NCBI RefSeq assembly: GCF_000143415.4
Contig: NW_003314302.1
Coordinates: forward strand, 451,182 to 515,181
Length of the DNA stretch: 64,000 nt
Reading direction: 5' to 3'
Source of the DNA: Selaginella moellendorffii
Taxonomy: Eukaryota; Plantae; Lycopodiophyta
The position numbers and the translations under genes are program-made. Under the pieces are notes generated by a model. It searched no databases. It saw nothing but the letters and a program-made list of their open reading frames with translations, and was not told the DNA's origin. Below are positions 23,981 through 38,193 of the stretch, piece after piece (the stretch's first letter is position 1; each line of letters starts with the position of its first letter).

Positions 23981-25513
23981 ATGGCTGTGGAGCTCCAGAT
24001 CCAAAGCACTAGTAGCAGCGCTCGCCGCCTCCCCGATTTCCTCCAGGGCGTCAATCTCAAGTACGTGAAGCTGGGCTACCACTACCTCATCACTCACCTC
24101 CTCACTCTCCTCCTCGTCCCGCTCCTCCTCGCCGTCCTCCTCGAGGCCACTCGCCTCGGCCCCGACCAGATCCTCCACCTCTGCCGCCACCTCCAGCTCA
24201 ATCTCCTCAGCGTCCTCCTCTGCTCCGCATTGCTCGTCTTCGCCGCCACCGCCTACGCCATCTCCCGCCCCCGCCCCGTCTTCCTCCTCGACTTCTCCTG
24301 CTACCTCCCGCCCCCCCACCTCGAGGTCAAGTTCCAGCGCTTCATGGAGCACTCGCGCCTCTCGGGCCACTTCGACGATCGCAGCCTCGACTTCCAGCGC
24401 AAGATCCTCTCGCGCGCCGGGCTGGGCGAGGAGACGTACCTCCCGGCGGCGCTGCACGAGCTCCCCTCGCGCGCGTGTATGGCCACTGCCCGCCTCGAGG
24501 CCGAGGAGGTGATGTTTGGAGCCGTGGACGAGCTCCTCCAGCGCACCGGGATCCGGCCCAAGGACATCGGCGTGCTCGTCGTCAATTGCAGCCTCTTCAA
24601 TCCCACGCCTTCCCTGTCAGCCATGATCATCAATCGCTACAAGATGCGAGGGAACGTCAAGAGCTACAACCTCGGCGGGATGGGCTGTAGCGCCGGCGTC
24701 ATCGCTGTGGATCTGGCCAGGGACATCCTCCAGGTGGAGCGGAGAACGTACGCGCTGGTGGTGAGCACCGAGAACGTCACCCAGAACTGGTACTCCGGCA
24801 ACCAGCGCAGCATGCTCATCCCGAACTGCCTCTTCCGGATGGGTGGCGCCGCGCTGCTGCTCACGAATCGCCGCGCCAAGAGGCACCGAGCGAAGTACGA
24901 GCTCGTCCACACTGTAAGAACGCACAAGGGAGCCGACGATAAGTGCTATGGATGTGTTTACCAGGAGCAAGATGGCGATGGAAAGATGGGAGTCTCGCTG
25001 TCCAAGGAGCTCATGGCCATCGCCGGGGACGCTCTCAAGACCAACATCACGACGCTGGGCCCGCTGGTACTGCCGCTGTCCGAGCAGATCATCTTCTTCG
25101 TGGTGCTCGTCCTGCGGAAGCTCACCAAGCGTAAGAACCGGTTCAAGACTTACATACCCGACTTCAAGCTGGCGTTCGAGCACTTTTGCATCCACGCCGG
25201 CGGCCGGGCCGTGATCGACGAGCTGGAGAAGAACCTGCAGCTGACGGAGCGTCATGTGGAGGCGTCGAGGATGACGCTGCACAGATTCGGAAACACGTCG
25301 TCGTCGTCGATATGGTACGAGCTTGCGTACCTCGAGGCGAAAGGCCGGGTGAAGCGGGGCGACCGGGTGTGGCAGATTGCGTTTGGGAGTGGGTTCAAGT
25401 GTAACAGCGCCGTGTGGAGGGCGTTGCGGAGCATCAAGCCGCCGAGCCACGGGCCGTGGGAGGACTGCATTGACAAATACCCGGTACGCATTCCAGACGC
25501 TGTCGAAATTTGA
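23981..25513 (+). CDS. KCS: 3-ketoacyl-CoA synthase (VLCFA elongase), intronless
   Basis: LPDFLQGVNLKYVKLGYHYL, VNCSLFNPTPSLS, GMGCSAG, HFCIHAGGRAV, FGNTSSSS, GFKCNSAVW. Confidence 0.96.
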   Translation: MAVELQIQSTSSSARRLPDFLQGVNLKYVKLGYHYLITHLLTLLLVPLLLAVLLEATRLGPDQILHLCRHLQLNLLSVLLCSALLVFAATAYAISRPRPVFLLDFSCYLPPPHLEVKFQRFMEHSRLSGHFDDRSLDFQRKILSRAGLGEETYLPAALHELPSRACMATARLEAEEVMFGAVDELLQRTGIRPKDIGVLVVNCSLFNPTPSLSAMIINRYKMRGNVKSYNLGGMGCSAGVIAVDLARDILQVERRTYALVVSTENVTQNWYSGNQRSMLIPNCLFRMGGAALLLTNRRAKRHRAKYELVHTVRTHKGADDKCYGCVYQEQDGDGKMGVSLSKELMAIAGDALKTNITTLGPLVLPLSEQIIFFVVLVLRKLTKRKNRFKTYIPDFKLAFEHFCIHAGGRAVIDELEKNLQLTERHVEASRMTLHRFGNTSSSSIWYELAYLEAKGRVKRGDRVWQIAFGSGFKCNSAVWRALRSIKPPSHGPWEDCIDKYPVRIPDAVEI

Positions 25514-25996
25514 GTCCCTGGAACAACAGACACTCACGTATAAGTATACATAAACTTTGATCTCTTCTTACTCTGCTCTTGTACCACCACCAGCTTTTTA
25601 CGAGCGATTTTTGAATGAAACCAACCATTCGTTTGATCTGTCGTTCTTGACTGCGTCCAGGCATCTCATCTCAGTACGAATCCAGCTGTGCAATTGATAG
25701 ATACGTTCTATCTGCTTGCCTTGAATTCCAATTCTCTGAAGTGATAAAAGTCAGAAATATTGTAGAGTACCTCCAAATTGCTACTTGGAGGGGTCCCAAA
25801 AGTCTGCTGCTTGTAGGCCCAGATTCTCGGGGAGACTAACACGCTTGAAACTCTGGAACAAATTTCAAAGCGAAAGAAACTGTTGGAACAGACATCGGTA
25901 GATTATTGTGTACTGGTGTTCAGACTTTTTGCCCATCCTTACTCATCATCTTCATCCATTCGAGATGTAAGACAGGCCGGAAACGTGAAAACTTGT

Positions 25997-28892
<2,896 letters not shown>

Positions 28893-29127
28893 TGCCGGCG
28901 ATACCCTAGAGCTCCTCTGCTGTTGGAGGAGCTATTCAAACAAAAATTCTCTCACCAAATGCCACGTGTCAGCTGCCTTAAGATGATCCATTTTTTTACT
29001 TTTTTTAACCGGTATGTTTTAGGCTGTTTTGCCACGTCACTGTCAAGTTTAGGGTTTTGATTGCCACATCATCGTCCACGTGGAGATGGGGAGCTAGGGT
29101 TTATGGTGGAGGGAAAATATTTGGGCT
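28893..29127. promoter_or_regulatory. Compact bidirectional promoter with G-boxes and telo-boxes
   Basis: 235 bp between divergent ATGs. CCACGTG at about 28962 and 29076, CCACGTCA at about 29032, TAGGGTTT at about 29050 and 29095. Confidence 0.6.
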
Positions 29128-30856
29128 ATGGCACAGGACAATGGCGCCACAGTGCTCGTCAAGGCGTGGGAGCGGCGCCCACGATGGATGCTCAACAACA
29201 TCTCGCTCAAGGAGAAGAAACCGGTGAGTGAGGCGCTGGATTCTCGCCACAAATCCGAAGAAGAAGAGGAATCACAGCGCCGGTCGAGGATTTTCTTTGG
29301 GGCAATGAGTTTCGCGAAGAATGTGGCAAATGTGGCCGCTGTGGAGGGGAATCCCCGGTTTGCGCAGCTTCTCACGCATCCCGTGGCGTTCATGCACTTC
29401 GTTCCCAGAGATTTGGCCCTCTTTTTCGCTGGAGCGTTGGCTGGAGCTACAGCAAAGTCAGTCACAGCTCCACTGGATCGAGTCAAGCTTCTTATGCAAG
29501 TAAGTACTTGACAGTCAGTCAAAGAGAATAGCGTTCTAATGTCTATTTCTTTGTTTTGTTGAACAGGTACAGGGTTTAAAGATAGGCGAAGAAGGTGCAA
29601 AGAAGGCCACTGGGTTCATAGAGGTAGAGCGTTTTTTTTTCCTCTTGTAATGTTCTCTCAACTTTGTGATGTTTTTGCAGGCCATTGTGAAGATCGGTCA
29701 GGACGAAGGCTTGAAAGGCTATTGGAAAGGAAATCTTCCTCAGGTGCAATAACTCTTAAATAAATTCTTTTTCATGCGAGGCTTGCATGTTTTTGTTTGT
29801 CACAGGTGATACGCGTGATACCATACAGCGCAATGCAGCTTTTTGCATATGAAACTTACAAGGTAAGCTTTCAAAGAGCAGAGGTTTTTGCGGACAGAAA
29901 GAGCGATCTTACATTTTCTCATTGTAGAAATTGTTTAAAGGCACCGACGATGAGCTCTCTGTTCTAGGACGACTAGCTGCGGGAGGATGTGCAGGCATGA
30001 CTTCCACTCTGGTTGGTGCTGCATTTTGATGGAAGGTCTCTGTGGTCTTCCTTTGATTTCTATTTTCTTATTCTTCTTCTTCCCCCTTATCGCTGTTTAT
30101 ACAGGTTACATATCCTTTGGACGTTTTGAGGCTGAGACTAGCAGTTGATCCAGTGGCGAAGTCCATGACCCAGGTTTTCTCTTTATTATGAAGTTTTCAT
30201 ATGCTGATTAAAGCTTTCTTTCAGGTCGCTCTGGAAATGCTCCGTGAAGAGGGTCTGGGATCGTTTTACAAGGGACTTGGCCCGTCGCTCATGAGTATTG
30301 CGCCTTACATAGCAGTGAATTTTTGCGTCTTCGACTTGTAAGGATCAAACTTTTCTTTTTTCTTCTATCAAATTCTACCATTTTTCTTGTAGGATGAAGA
30401 AAACATTTCCGGAGGACTTCCGTAAGAAGCCACAGTCGTCATTTCTGACGGCGATCGCGTCGGCAACTGTTGCGACTTTGTTGTGCTACCCCCTCGACAC
30501 AGTTCGCAGGCAAATGCAGATGAAAGGAACGCCGTTTGGCAGCGTTCTGGAAGCGTTTCCAGGTGAATTAGTTTCCATCTCTTTGTTTCGACAAGAGTTC
30601 TATCTTCTTTTCTTTCCTAGGAATCATTGAGCGAGATGGGGTGCTTGGTCTGTATCGCGGCTTTGTTCCCAATGCACTGAAGAACCTTCCAAACAGCAGG
30701 TAAACCAAAGCTGCGATTTTATGATAAATGTTCTCCCTTTTCTTTGCGCGCAGCATCCGCTTGACAACATTTGATGCCGCGAAGAACTTGATCCAAGCTG
30801 GGGAAAGCGAATACCAAAAGCTTGTCCAAGAGAAATGTGACAAGAACATAGACTAA
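29128..30856 (+). CDS. TAAC: Thylakoid/envelope ADP,ATP carrier (mitochondrial carrier family), multi-exon
   Basis: VPRDLALFFAGALAGATAKSVTAPLDRVKLLMQ, GYWKGNLPQVIRVIPYSA and three PxDxxK/R signatures. Confidence 0.88.
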
Positions 30857-33098
30857 AAGAGTCTCAGTCCATCCATTTTTGTACGAGCATTCATTCATTA
30901 CAAGTGTTTATTTTAGTTCTCATAGTTGCGTGGGCATTGTTTTCAAGATTTTCCAGGATTCAGCATAAGTCATCTAATTCAAATTTGTTAGTGAAGATTT
31001 AACTTTTAACACTTTTTTGGGGGCATATGGCTACAAGTTCGACTGCGATGGAGTTCATGGCCTCCTCAAGTACACCAAGCCTCTTTGCCCAGTTTCAGTG
31101 AACGCTGTTGTTACTCTGAGCTCTGAGCTGCTGTGCCCTCTGCCTGCTGTATTCGCGTATGTTTCAATTCGTTTTGACTGCTAAAACTTTATGAACTGGA
31201 TGGACGTCTGAGGAGTAAGCTTCATGAATAAATAAAAGCTTCGAGTTTGGTGCTTAGTTTTGTATTGCTGTTGTTGTGTTATTGAAGACTGCTCAGCAAA
31301 GCTCATTATCACATTATGGTCGATCTAAAGTGTACAATTATATATTTTCTCACTGGCTGGCTCCCCTTTCCCTTTCAATTTCACCATATGCTCGAGAAAA
31401 CCTCACGTCCTTGCGAAGTGCTGCGTAACATGTTACCTGAGAGGATGCCATGTTTTAAGTCACGCACCGCGCTCCATGCTTTACGTTGACTCTCAACGTA
31501 GAACGTAATTAGCATCATTTTCGGCATCAGAAAGCATAGGATGGCAATCATTTTCACTCGAGGATGGTTGCCTGCCTGATTGTTCTTGCTGCGCTAAGGC
31601 TAGCTCAGACAGTCCAAGATGTAACTTAAAGTGGAAAGAGAGGTGGTAACTAAAGTATGAGTAGTAATGCTTGAGGGGAATTTGTTGAAATCAAACAATT
31701 AAAAGGAAGATAGTGGTGTAACTGTGCCTTTTAAAGGTGAAAAATGAATTTGAGGATCTGAACGGGTAAACAAGATTCTTTGATTTGCTATAAAATATAC
31801 TATAAGTCCTATAAATATGAAATGGCCGTACAAGGGTTCCCCTGTTGCACATTGTCAATGATGATTGAAGGAAGCCCTGCCCTTTTAAAGAGACCCTTGA
31901 TTCCAGATACCATTGCAAATAATTTTCTATACAAATATCCTTTTAAAAAACATAATGGCTTCTTTTAAAATTTATTTATTTATATTTAATCAAAGAAAAT
32001 TTATACATTACATCGAAGTTTCTTATTCCAATAAGTAAAACATTTATTTTTTCCGTGATACCAATACGAGTTTAAAAAGGCATTCAGAAACTGTGAGATT
32101 AAAAGAAAGAGTAAATCCAAATTTTCCAAAGGACAAGGAAATTACTGGAAAAATACCGACCAAGCTTTTGCTTGTACATTCATTCACAAATTGTGATGAG
32201 ACGTGACGCTTCCAGGAACAATTTGATAACTGAGAGTCAAGATGAATGTTCGCCGCTCCAGTTCAGCGAGCCCTTCGGGTCTATAGCGATTCTGCTTGGT
32301 GCAGCCATTTCGCTGGACAGCTTGAGAACTTCAGCGAGATCCATGGGCTGGATTGGGTCTGCCTGGAACTCGAACTGTTGAGCCAATCGAGCCGTCCAGA
32401 GGACGTCCGAATGGAGCGAGACGTGCTCCAGCATGATCGTTGATGCAGAGCATGGAGTCTCCACGGATGGTCACACCATACCTCCAATCTTTTTCACCCT
32501 GGAAGGATTCTACTTGATCTTCTCCCTCCATACTCGAGCCCAGAATGCAAGTGATCCATCCTCCCCTCCACCACCTTCCTCAAAGCGTCCTTGCAAGCCA
32601 TTTATTTGTATTTGATCACTGTTATTACGCAAACTAAACATTAGTAGCAAATTATTTGATTAAGAACTTTATTTATAGAAGCATAGAAATTATATATAGA
32701 GATTCTTAAATTATTTTAAGTTTTTAGATTTTAAGCTATAAAGTGATGGAGGCAAAATAATTAAAAGGTTTCCTCTTCTACAAGAGATTCAAGACAAAGC
32801 ATGGGAATCACTCACTGCTGTAAGCTTAGACCTGTGCGACAATGAATGGCTTGCTTGTAAATAGCAAAAAGCTTTCCTCGTTGACTGGTCCTGAATTTGT
32901 TGACCAGGATGCGCAAGCCACATAAATAAAGTATTCTTCAGGCCCTTTGCGCCATTTTACCCTGAAAAAATGGGTTTACCCTTGCAAAACGAAACACAGG
33001 GGGTAGAAAATATCAAAATTTTCACCCTGGTGAAAAGGTAAAAGTGAAGTTTCAAATGAAACCTTTTTTGTTATACACGTTATTAATAATAATTCAAG

Positions 33099-33315
33099 GA
33101 CGAGGTCGCGATATGTACGCCAAATGCCACAGTTTGGGAGACGCTTATGCGGTGTTCCAGAGAATGCCATGCCACGGCTTGGTTTCCTGGAACGCTCATT
33201 CGTTGGCTGCGAAGAGAGGCTGTGACTCGGATAAGTCTGGTTGATTTTTATATGAGGTTTGGGAGCATGGCAGAAGCAACTATCTTTCAAGAAGGCTAAT
33301 AACTGTGGTGCTGTG
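33099..33315 (+). pseudogene. Internally deleted relic of the adjacent PPR gene
   Basis: Near-identical to 34910-35035 (DMYAKCHSLGDA..VFQRMPCH.LVSWNA), fused directly to a match of 35214-35350 (HSLAAKRGCD.DK). Confidence 0.85.
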
Positions 33316-34089
33316 TATGGCAAGCAATATGTGACATTCGGTTTTGTCTAAGGTGGCACTTCTGGTGGTCGTCTTATCAAAATCCCAGTGTCTGTCACAC
33401 TTGCGTAACTTGAGAATCCACATCGGCGAACCGCTCTTTTAACGTTCTCCATTTGGCCATGGTGCGAGGGGGGGCGATGTGCTGAGTGGCGCTGTCCAGA
33501 GGCCATGGACTGACAAGGAAACCTCATCTTACCAGACTAGGAGATAAACCGTAACCTAATGTCAGCGGCGAATAAAGGTCCCTGGCGTGCAGAAAGTTAT
33601 ACTTGATAAGACTGTAAAGTGCCTCTTTTGCTGATCATCTGCTGTCCTCGAATTCAACTTTGGAGACAAGATCGCTAGCTCTGGCCCTGACTCAAAAGCC
33701 TTTTCAACGTCGCAAAACACCCTACGCTCGTGTAAGAACTTCCAGTTGAGCCACGTTGATTTCATATTAACCATGTCATGTTAATAACATAAGATAATTT
33801 CTCAGCAACTGTCGCGAGCAGAGAGATCCTCCCACCAACGTACCCATAGATGTCCCTCCCACAAGTCCTCTGGAATGTCAGCTGCAAGCTCTTCATGGAA
33901 AAAGGCGTGCGCCTCCTCCTCCACCAGCTCTCCCACCACTGCAACCTCCGGCATAAGTCCTTGAACGGGCTCGGATAGCTAGAATAACATTGGGGGCTGC
34001 AGATCCTTTTCTATCAGCATGATAATCGCAATTTTGCAGTGTTGCGAGATCACCGGGTTCCACTGTTGGAGCCTGTCAGCATGGTCAAT

Positions 34090-34360
34090 GGGAAGCCACT
34101 TTAACGGGCTGTGGCTCGCCTGTTAACTTGATCCAGCCGTTGGCAGCCATTGGATCGAGTCAGGTTCTCTACGAAAATTTTACTGTTGTCAGCCACATTC
34201 TGGAGAACGTATCAGGTTCTAGAGAATGTGGCTGACAACTGCTAGGTTCTCCAGAACCCAACTGCCAGCCGTGAGGTTCTAGAGAACTCTCTCATCCTCC
34301 AATAACGTTATTACACGTGTCCATTAACGGTCTCGCCACAGCCCGTTAAGGCCGTTCCCA
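34090..34360. repeat. Nested inverted-repeat (fold-back/MITE-like) element
   Basis: Outer pair TTAACGGGCTGTGGC (about 34101) and GCCACAGCCCGTTAA (about 34335). Inner hairpin GTTGTCAGCCACATTCT...AGAATGTGGCTGACAAC (34185-34239). Recurrent GGTTCTNNAGAAC. Confidence 0.75.
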
Positions 34361-34695
34361 GGCACGGCCTCGCTCGTTCCCTCCAGAATGCACTCGCTGG
34401 GCTAACGCCCGGCTCGCCCGTTTTGGGCAGGAACGTGCTCACCCTACCCGGGAACTGCCTCATCCCCAAGCACTTTCCCATTCATAAAGAGACCCTTGAT
34501 TCCAGACACCATAACCGAAACACCGCAGTTGCAAATGGAGAAGAGCTGGCCTTGAGATGCGCCTACGCATGTTGATTAGTATCGTGTGGTTAAGCCACAC
34601 TTACCCTTCTAAAGCAAACCTAAGATTATGCGAATTAAATCTCTTTAGCCATAACAATAAGAGGAAGTTTAGGGTTTTAGGGGCGTCATGAGTAA

Positions 34696-36699
34696 ATGAT
34701 CGATCGTCGCGGCGCCAGGAAATCTGTTAGTACTTTCTTCGCGGCATCGAGATCTTGCCTCGATCCCGAGCTGTCAGCGAGATTCCTCCTGTGGAGCCGA
34801 AATCGCGAGCAACAGGAAGACAATCCCCTCGTCTTGGCCGCATTGAGGGCGTGTAGGAGATTGAAGGACTTGGAGAGCGGCAAGAGGATCCACTGGAATC
34901 ATCTCCGGCGACGAGGTACGAGCATTTACATCTCCACGTCGCTGTTTGATATGTACGCCAAATGCCACAGCTTGGGAGACGCCTGTGCGGTGTTCCAGAG
35001 AATGCCGTGCCACGCCTTGGTTTCCTGGAACGCTTTCTCGCTGGGGCTCGTGGAAAATGGCGAGAACGAGCTAGCTCTCGAGTTCTTCCAGAGGCTCGTG
35101 CAAGGAAGCTGTGCGATGGATGCTAGAACTTTTGTGTCCGCGCTGATGGCTTGCGCTGGCTTGGCGGAGCTTGATCATCGCGCGAGATGGTGCTTGGAGA
35201 AAGGTATGGAGATTCATTCCTTAGCTGCGAAGAGAGGCTGTGACTTGGATAAGTTTGTGGTTGCCAGTTTGGTCGATTTGTACGCGAAGTGTGGGAGCAT
35301 GGAGGAAGCGCGAGAAGTTTTCGAGAAGGCTACACAGCGTGATGTGGTGTTGTGGACTGCTTTGATTTTCGGTTACGTAGAGAACGGCCAGTGCGAAGTG
35401 GCTATGGAGCTCTACGAATCCATGAAAGGTGAAAGTTGTGTGCCAAATGCGAGGACGTTTGTTGCGGTTCTCATGGCGTGTGGTGCTTTGGCAGAGAAAG
35501 AAGCTGGCGTGGAGTCAAACGGGAGGGCCGTGAAGCTCAAGAGCTTGGAAACATGTTTCACCATCCACGCTCGAGCTTTGGAGGGGAGCTGCAACGCAAA
35601 CTTGGACTGCTTCGTGGCAAGTAATTTGGTCGATGTGTATGCCAAGTCTGGAAGCTTGCTTGACGCTCGAGCTGTTTTTGACAGGATGCCTGAGCACGAC
35701 GTTGTGCTGTGGACGTGTCTGATCCTTGGATGCGTGCAAAACGGCGAGAGCGAGGTCGCTCTGGAGCTTTACGAGTGCATGGAAGCGCAAGGTTGTGCGA
35801 GAAACTCTCGAAGTTTTGTAGCCGGACTAATGGCTTGCGCTTGTTTGGCCGCGCAGGAAGAGAGCGATGAGATCATCCATTGGAAGGTCAAGAATCTGGA
35901 AAAGTCTCTCCGGATCCACTCTCAAGCAGCGAAAGCCGTCCAACTCGGTGATATCTTCCTCTCCAGCGCCCTGGTCGACACTTACGCAAAGTGTAAGAGC
36001 ATGCTGGACGCTCGAGCGTTGTTCGACCAGATGAAGCATCACGACGTCGTGTCGTGGACCTCGTTGCTACTGGGATATGCTGAGACGGGGGAGAGCAAGA
36101 TGGTTTTGGAGCTGTTCAAAGCTTTTGAATGCACAGGGCTGGAAGCAACGCTGCCAACCTTTGCAGCGGTGCTGATGGCTTGCGGGACTTTGGTGGATCT
36201 GGAAACCGGAAGGGAAATCCATGCTGGGATCTGCAAGAGGGGACTGGAGAGCAGCAGCGTCACAAACAGTGTCATCGATTTCTACGGCAAGTGTGGAAGT
36301 ATAGCCGTTGCTCAGCACATCTTTGATTCTGCTGTGATATCCAGGGACGTGGTTTTGTGGAACACGCTGATAGCAGGCTATAGTCACCAAGGCGATGCAG
36401 CCAAAGTGGTGGAGATCTTTGGTAACGTGCTAGAGGAGGGCGTCAGGCCGGATGGATTTACGTTCCTCTCGGTTATCGCGGCGTGCAGTGCCGCGGGATG
36501 GATCGAGCAGGGCCGGAAGTTTTTCCAGGAGATGTGGAGGTATGACATAGCTCCAGGCCTTCGCCACTACTCGAGCATGGTGGACTTGTTTGGTCGGGCG
36601 AGCTCTCTTGAGGAAGCGGTAGCAGTGGAGCGAGCCATGCCTTTCAAGCACGATCAAGTAGCACGCACGACATTGTTGGCAGCCAGTTTGCGTGATTAA
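34696..36699 (+). CDS. PLS-class pentatricopeptide repeat protein with truncated E domain
   Basis: Repeated xxDxYAKCGS..AR.VF...DVVxW motifs. Ends in E-like MPFKHDQVARTTLLAA. Intronless. Confidence 0.9.
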   Translation: MIDRRGARKSVSTFFAASRSCLDPELSARFLLWSRNREQQEDNPLVLAALRACRRLKDLESGKRIHWNHLRRRGTSIYISTSLFDMYAKCHSLGDACAVFQRMPCHALVSWNAFSLGLVENGENELALEFFQRLVQGSCAMDARTFVSALMACAGLAELDHRARWCLEKGMEIHSLAAKRGCDLDKFVVASLVDLYAKCGSMEEAREVFEKATQRDVVLWTALIFGYVENGQCEVAMELYESMKGESCVPNARTFVAVLMACGALAEKEAGVESNGRAVKLKSLETCFTIHARALEGSCNANLDCFVASNLVDVYAKSGSLLDARAVFDRMPEHDVVLWTCLILGCVQNGESEVALELYECMEAQGCARNSRSFVAGLMACACLAAQEESDEIIHWKVKNLEKSLRIHSQAAKAVQLGDIFLSSALVDTYAKCKSMLDARALFDQMKHHDVVSWTSLLLGYAETGESKMVLELFKAFECTGLEATLPTFAAVLMACGTLVDLETGREIHAGICKRGLESSSVTNSVIDFYGKCGSIAVAQHIFDSAVISRDVVLWNTLIAGYSHQGDAAKVVEIFGNVLEEGVRPDGFTFLSVIAACSAAGWIEQGRKFFQEMWRYDIAPGLRHYSSMVDLFGRASSLEEAVAVERAMPFKHDQVARTTLLAASLRD

Positions 36700-38118
36700 G
36701 TTCCATTCATATAAAGGTTTATGAATTTAAATTTCCGTTTTATATTTATCAAAAGGAAATGTGAATATATTCTAGGATGTAAGGATAAAAGAAATATTTT
36801 GGAAGGATTAAAATTGAGCCTGCGGAGATGAAGAAAACAATTGAAAGCTAAAACACTGACTTATATTTACAAGATATCTACAGCTGCAAAAGAAATTTTT
36901 GTTTTAGATGATACCTTCTAATGGCAGTATTTTCCTCTTAGCCTAAAACATGATGTTGAACTCTCTAGATCGAATGCTCCAGATCCATATGCATTCAAGG
37001 TTTTCATCATTTGCCATATGGCACTGGAGTTTTAGACATTGGTTGTTGTAAATATCCTACTCAACCCACTTCTTAATCTCATCGTCAATTACACATGTTA
37101 CAAAAAGGAGGAGCTGTTGGCATTATAACCTATGGGCCTTGGCATCCAGTGAAGTGATGATGTGTTTCATTCCTCATTTATGGTATGTTAGAACAAAATA
37201 CTGGATATAAGTTAATATATACTGGATATTACTTTCATAAAGCATCTCTATATCTTTTTGGAGATTGCTCAGGAACTTCACCATCTCAACTTTGGCAATA
37301 TCATTTGCAAACCTGTGTTGCAATAGTTTGGGAACCTCTATTTGTGTGGCATGCAATTTTACATTGTTTTGGCCAAGTGACAAGACTAATGGCATCCTAG
37401 TCTTATTTTGTTTTTATTTAAGGAGAGGGCAATACACACTATTTATTAATTCTTTGCTACTGATCTTGATAGCATTCTTATTGAAAAGGAGCTCATGAAG
37501 TAGTTTCTTTTGTTTCCATCTGTTGCTCTTACTTTTAGTGTTCTAATAAATTCACAGTTGCTAAAACATAGGAAAGGCTCCTAACTTGCAGAACCAGCAA
37601 TCCATAAACAATGCTGATGGATCAGGCCCAAATACCTGATAGCCTCAAAGATCTGGAACAAGATAATTCCAGATACTCATTGAGTGACACCAATGATGAC
37701 AACATATCCCATACATCAACACCAGCCCGTTGTGAATTTACTGTGGGTTTGCCAGATATATTCTATTTGATTTATATAGCAAAGTCCCTCTCACATAAAG
37801 TCTTTTAGATGTAGAAATTTTTGCAGTTGCTGGTGCAAAAAACTTCGCAAAAGGCCAGAAAAGAGACAGAGTCCAATCTTGGCTTTGGTCCTGGCCGTGG
37901 AGGTTGACAAGACATGTAAACCATTTTCGTTCCAGGGAAGAACTTGGCGAAATTCCACTCTTTTGCTTCGTCAAATCCTGAAAAAAGACTTTAACTGAAT
38001 ATTGTATATATACTTATCTACAGAATGTAAAGTGCCCTCTGGAGGCAATCGTGGCGTGGCTGGGCGATTAGAGCTGTGTTCGAAGAGCTTGCGTTTTGTG
38101 CTTTGTTTTTTACTTGTG

Positions 38119-38193
38119 CTTGTCATAGAAGAACAAAAGCTCGGGATTTGGCAGCTGCTCCTTGTCATAAAAGAACAAAGGCTCGGGATTTGG
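38119..38193 (+). repeat. Short tandem duplication (period about 42 bp)
   Basis: CTTGTCATARAAGAACAARGCTCGGGATTTGG-like unit present twice. Confidence 0.75.

Noticed and set aside
31020-31640. Possible snoRNA/miRNA cluster
   Set aside because: CTGA words and a small hairpin occur, but there is no convincing C box, terminal stem or recognisable rRNA complementarity.
32172-32615. Coding-like small ORFs (also 33560-34000 and 37500-39000)
   Set aside because: No family is recognisable and there are stops in all frames. BLASTX would be needed.
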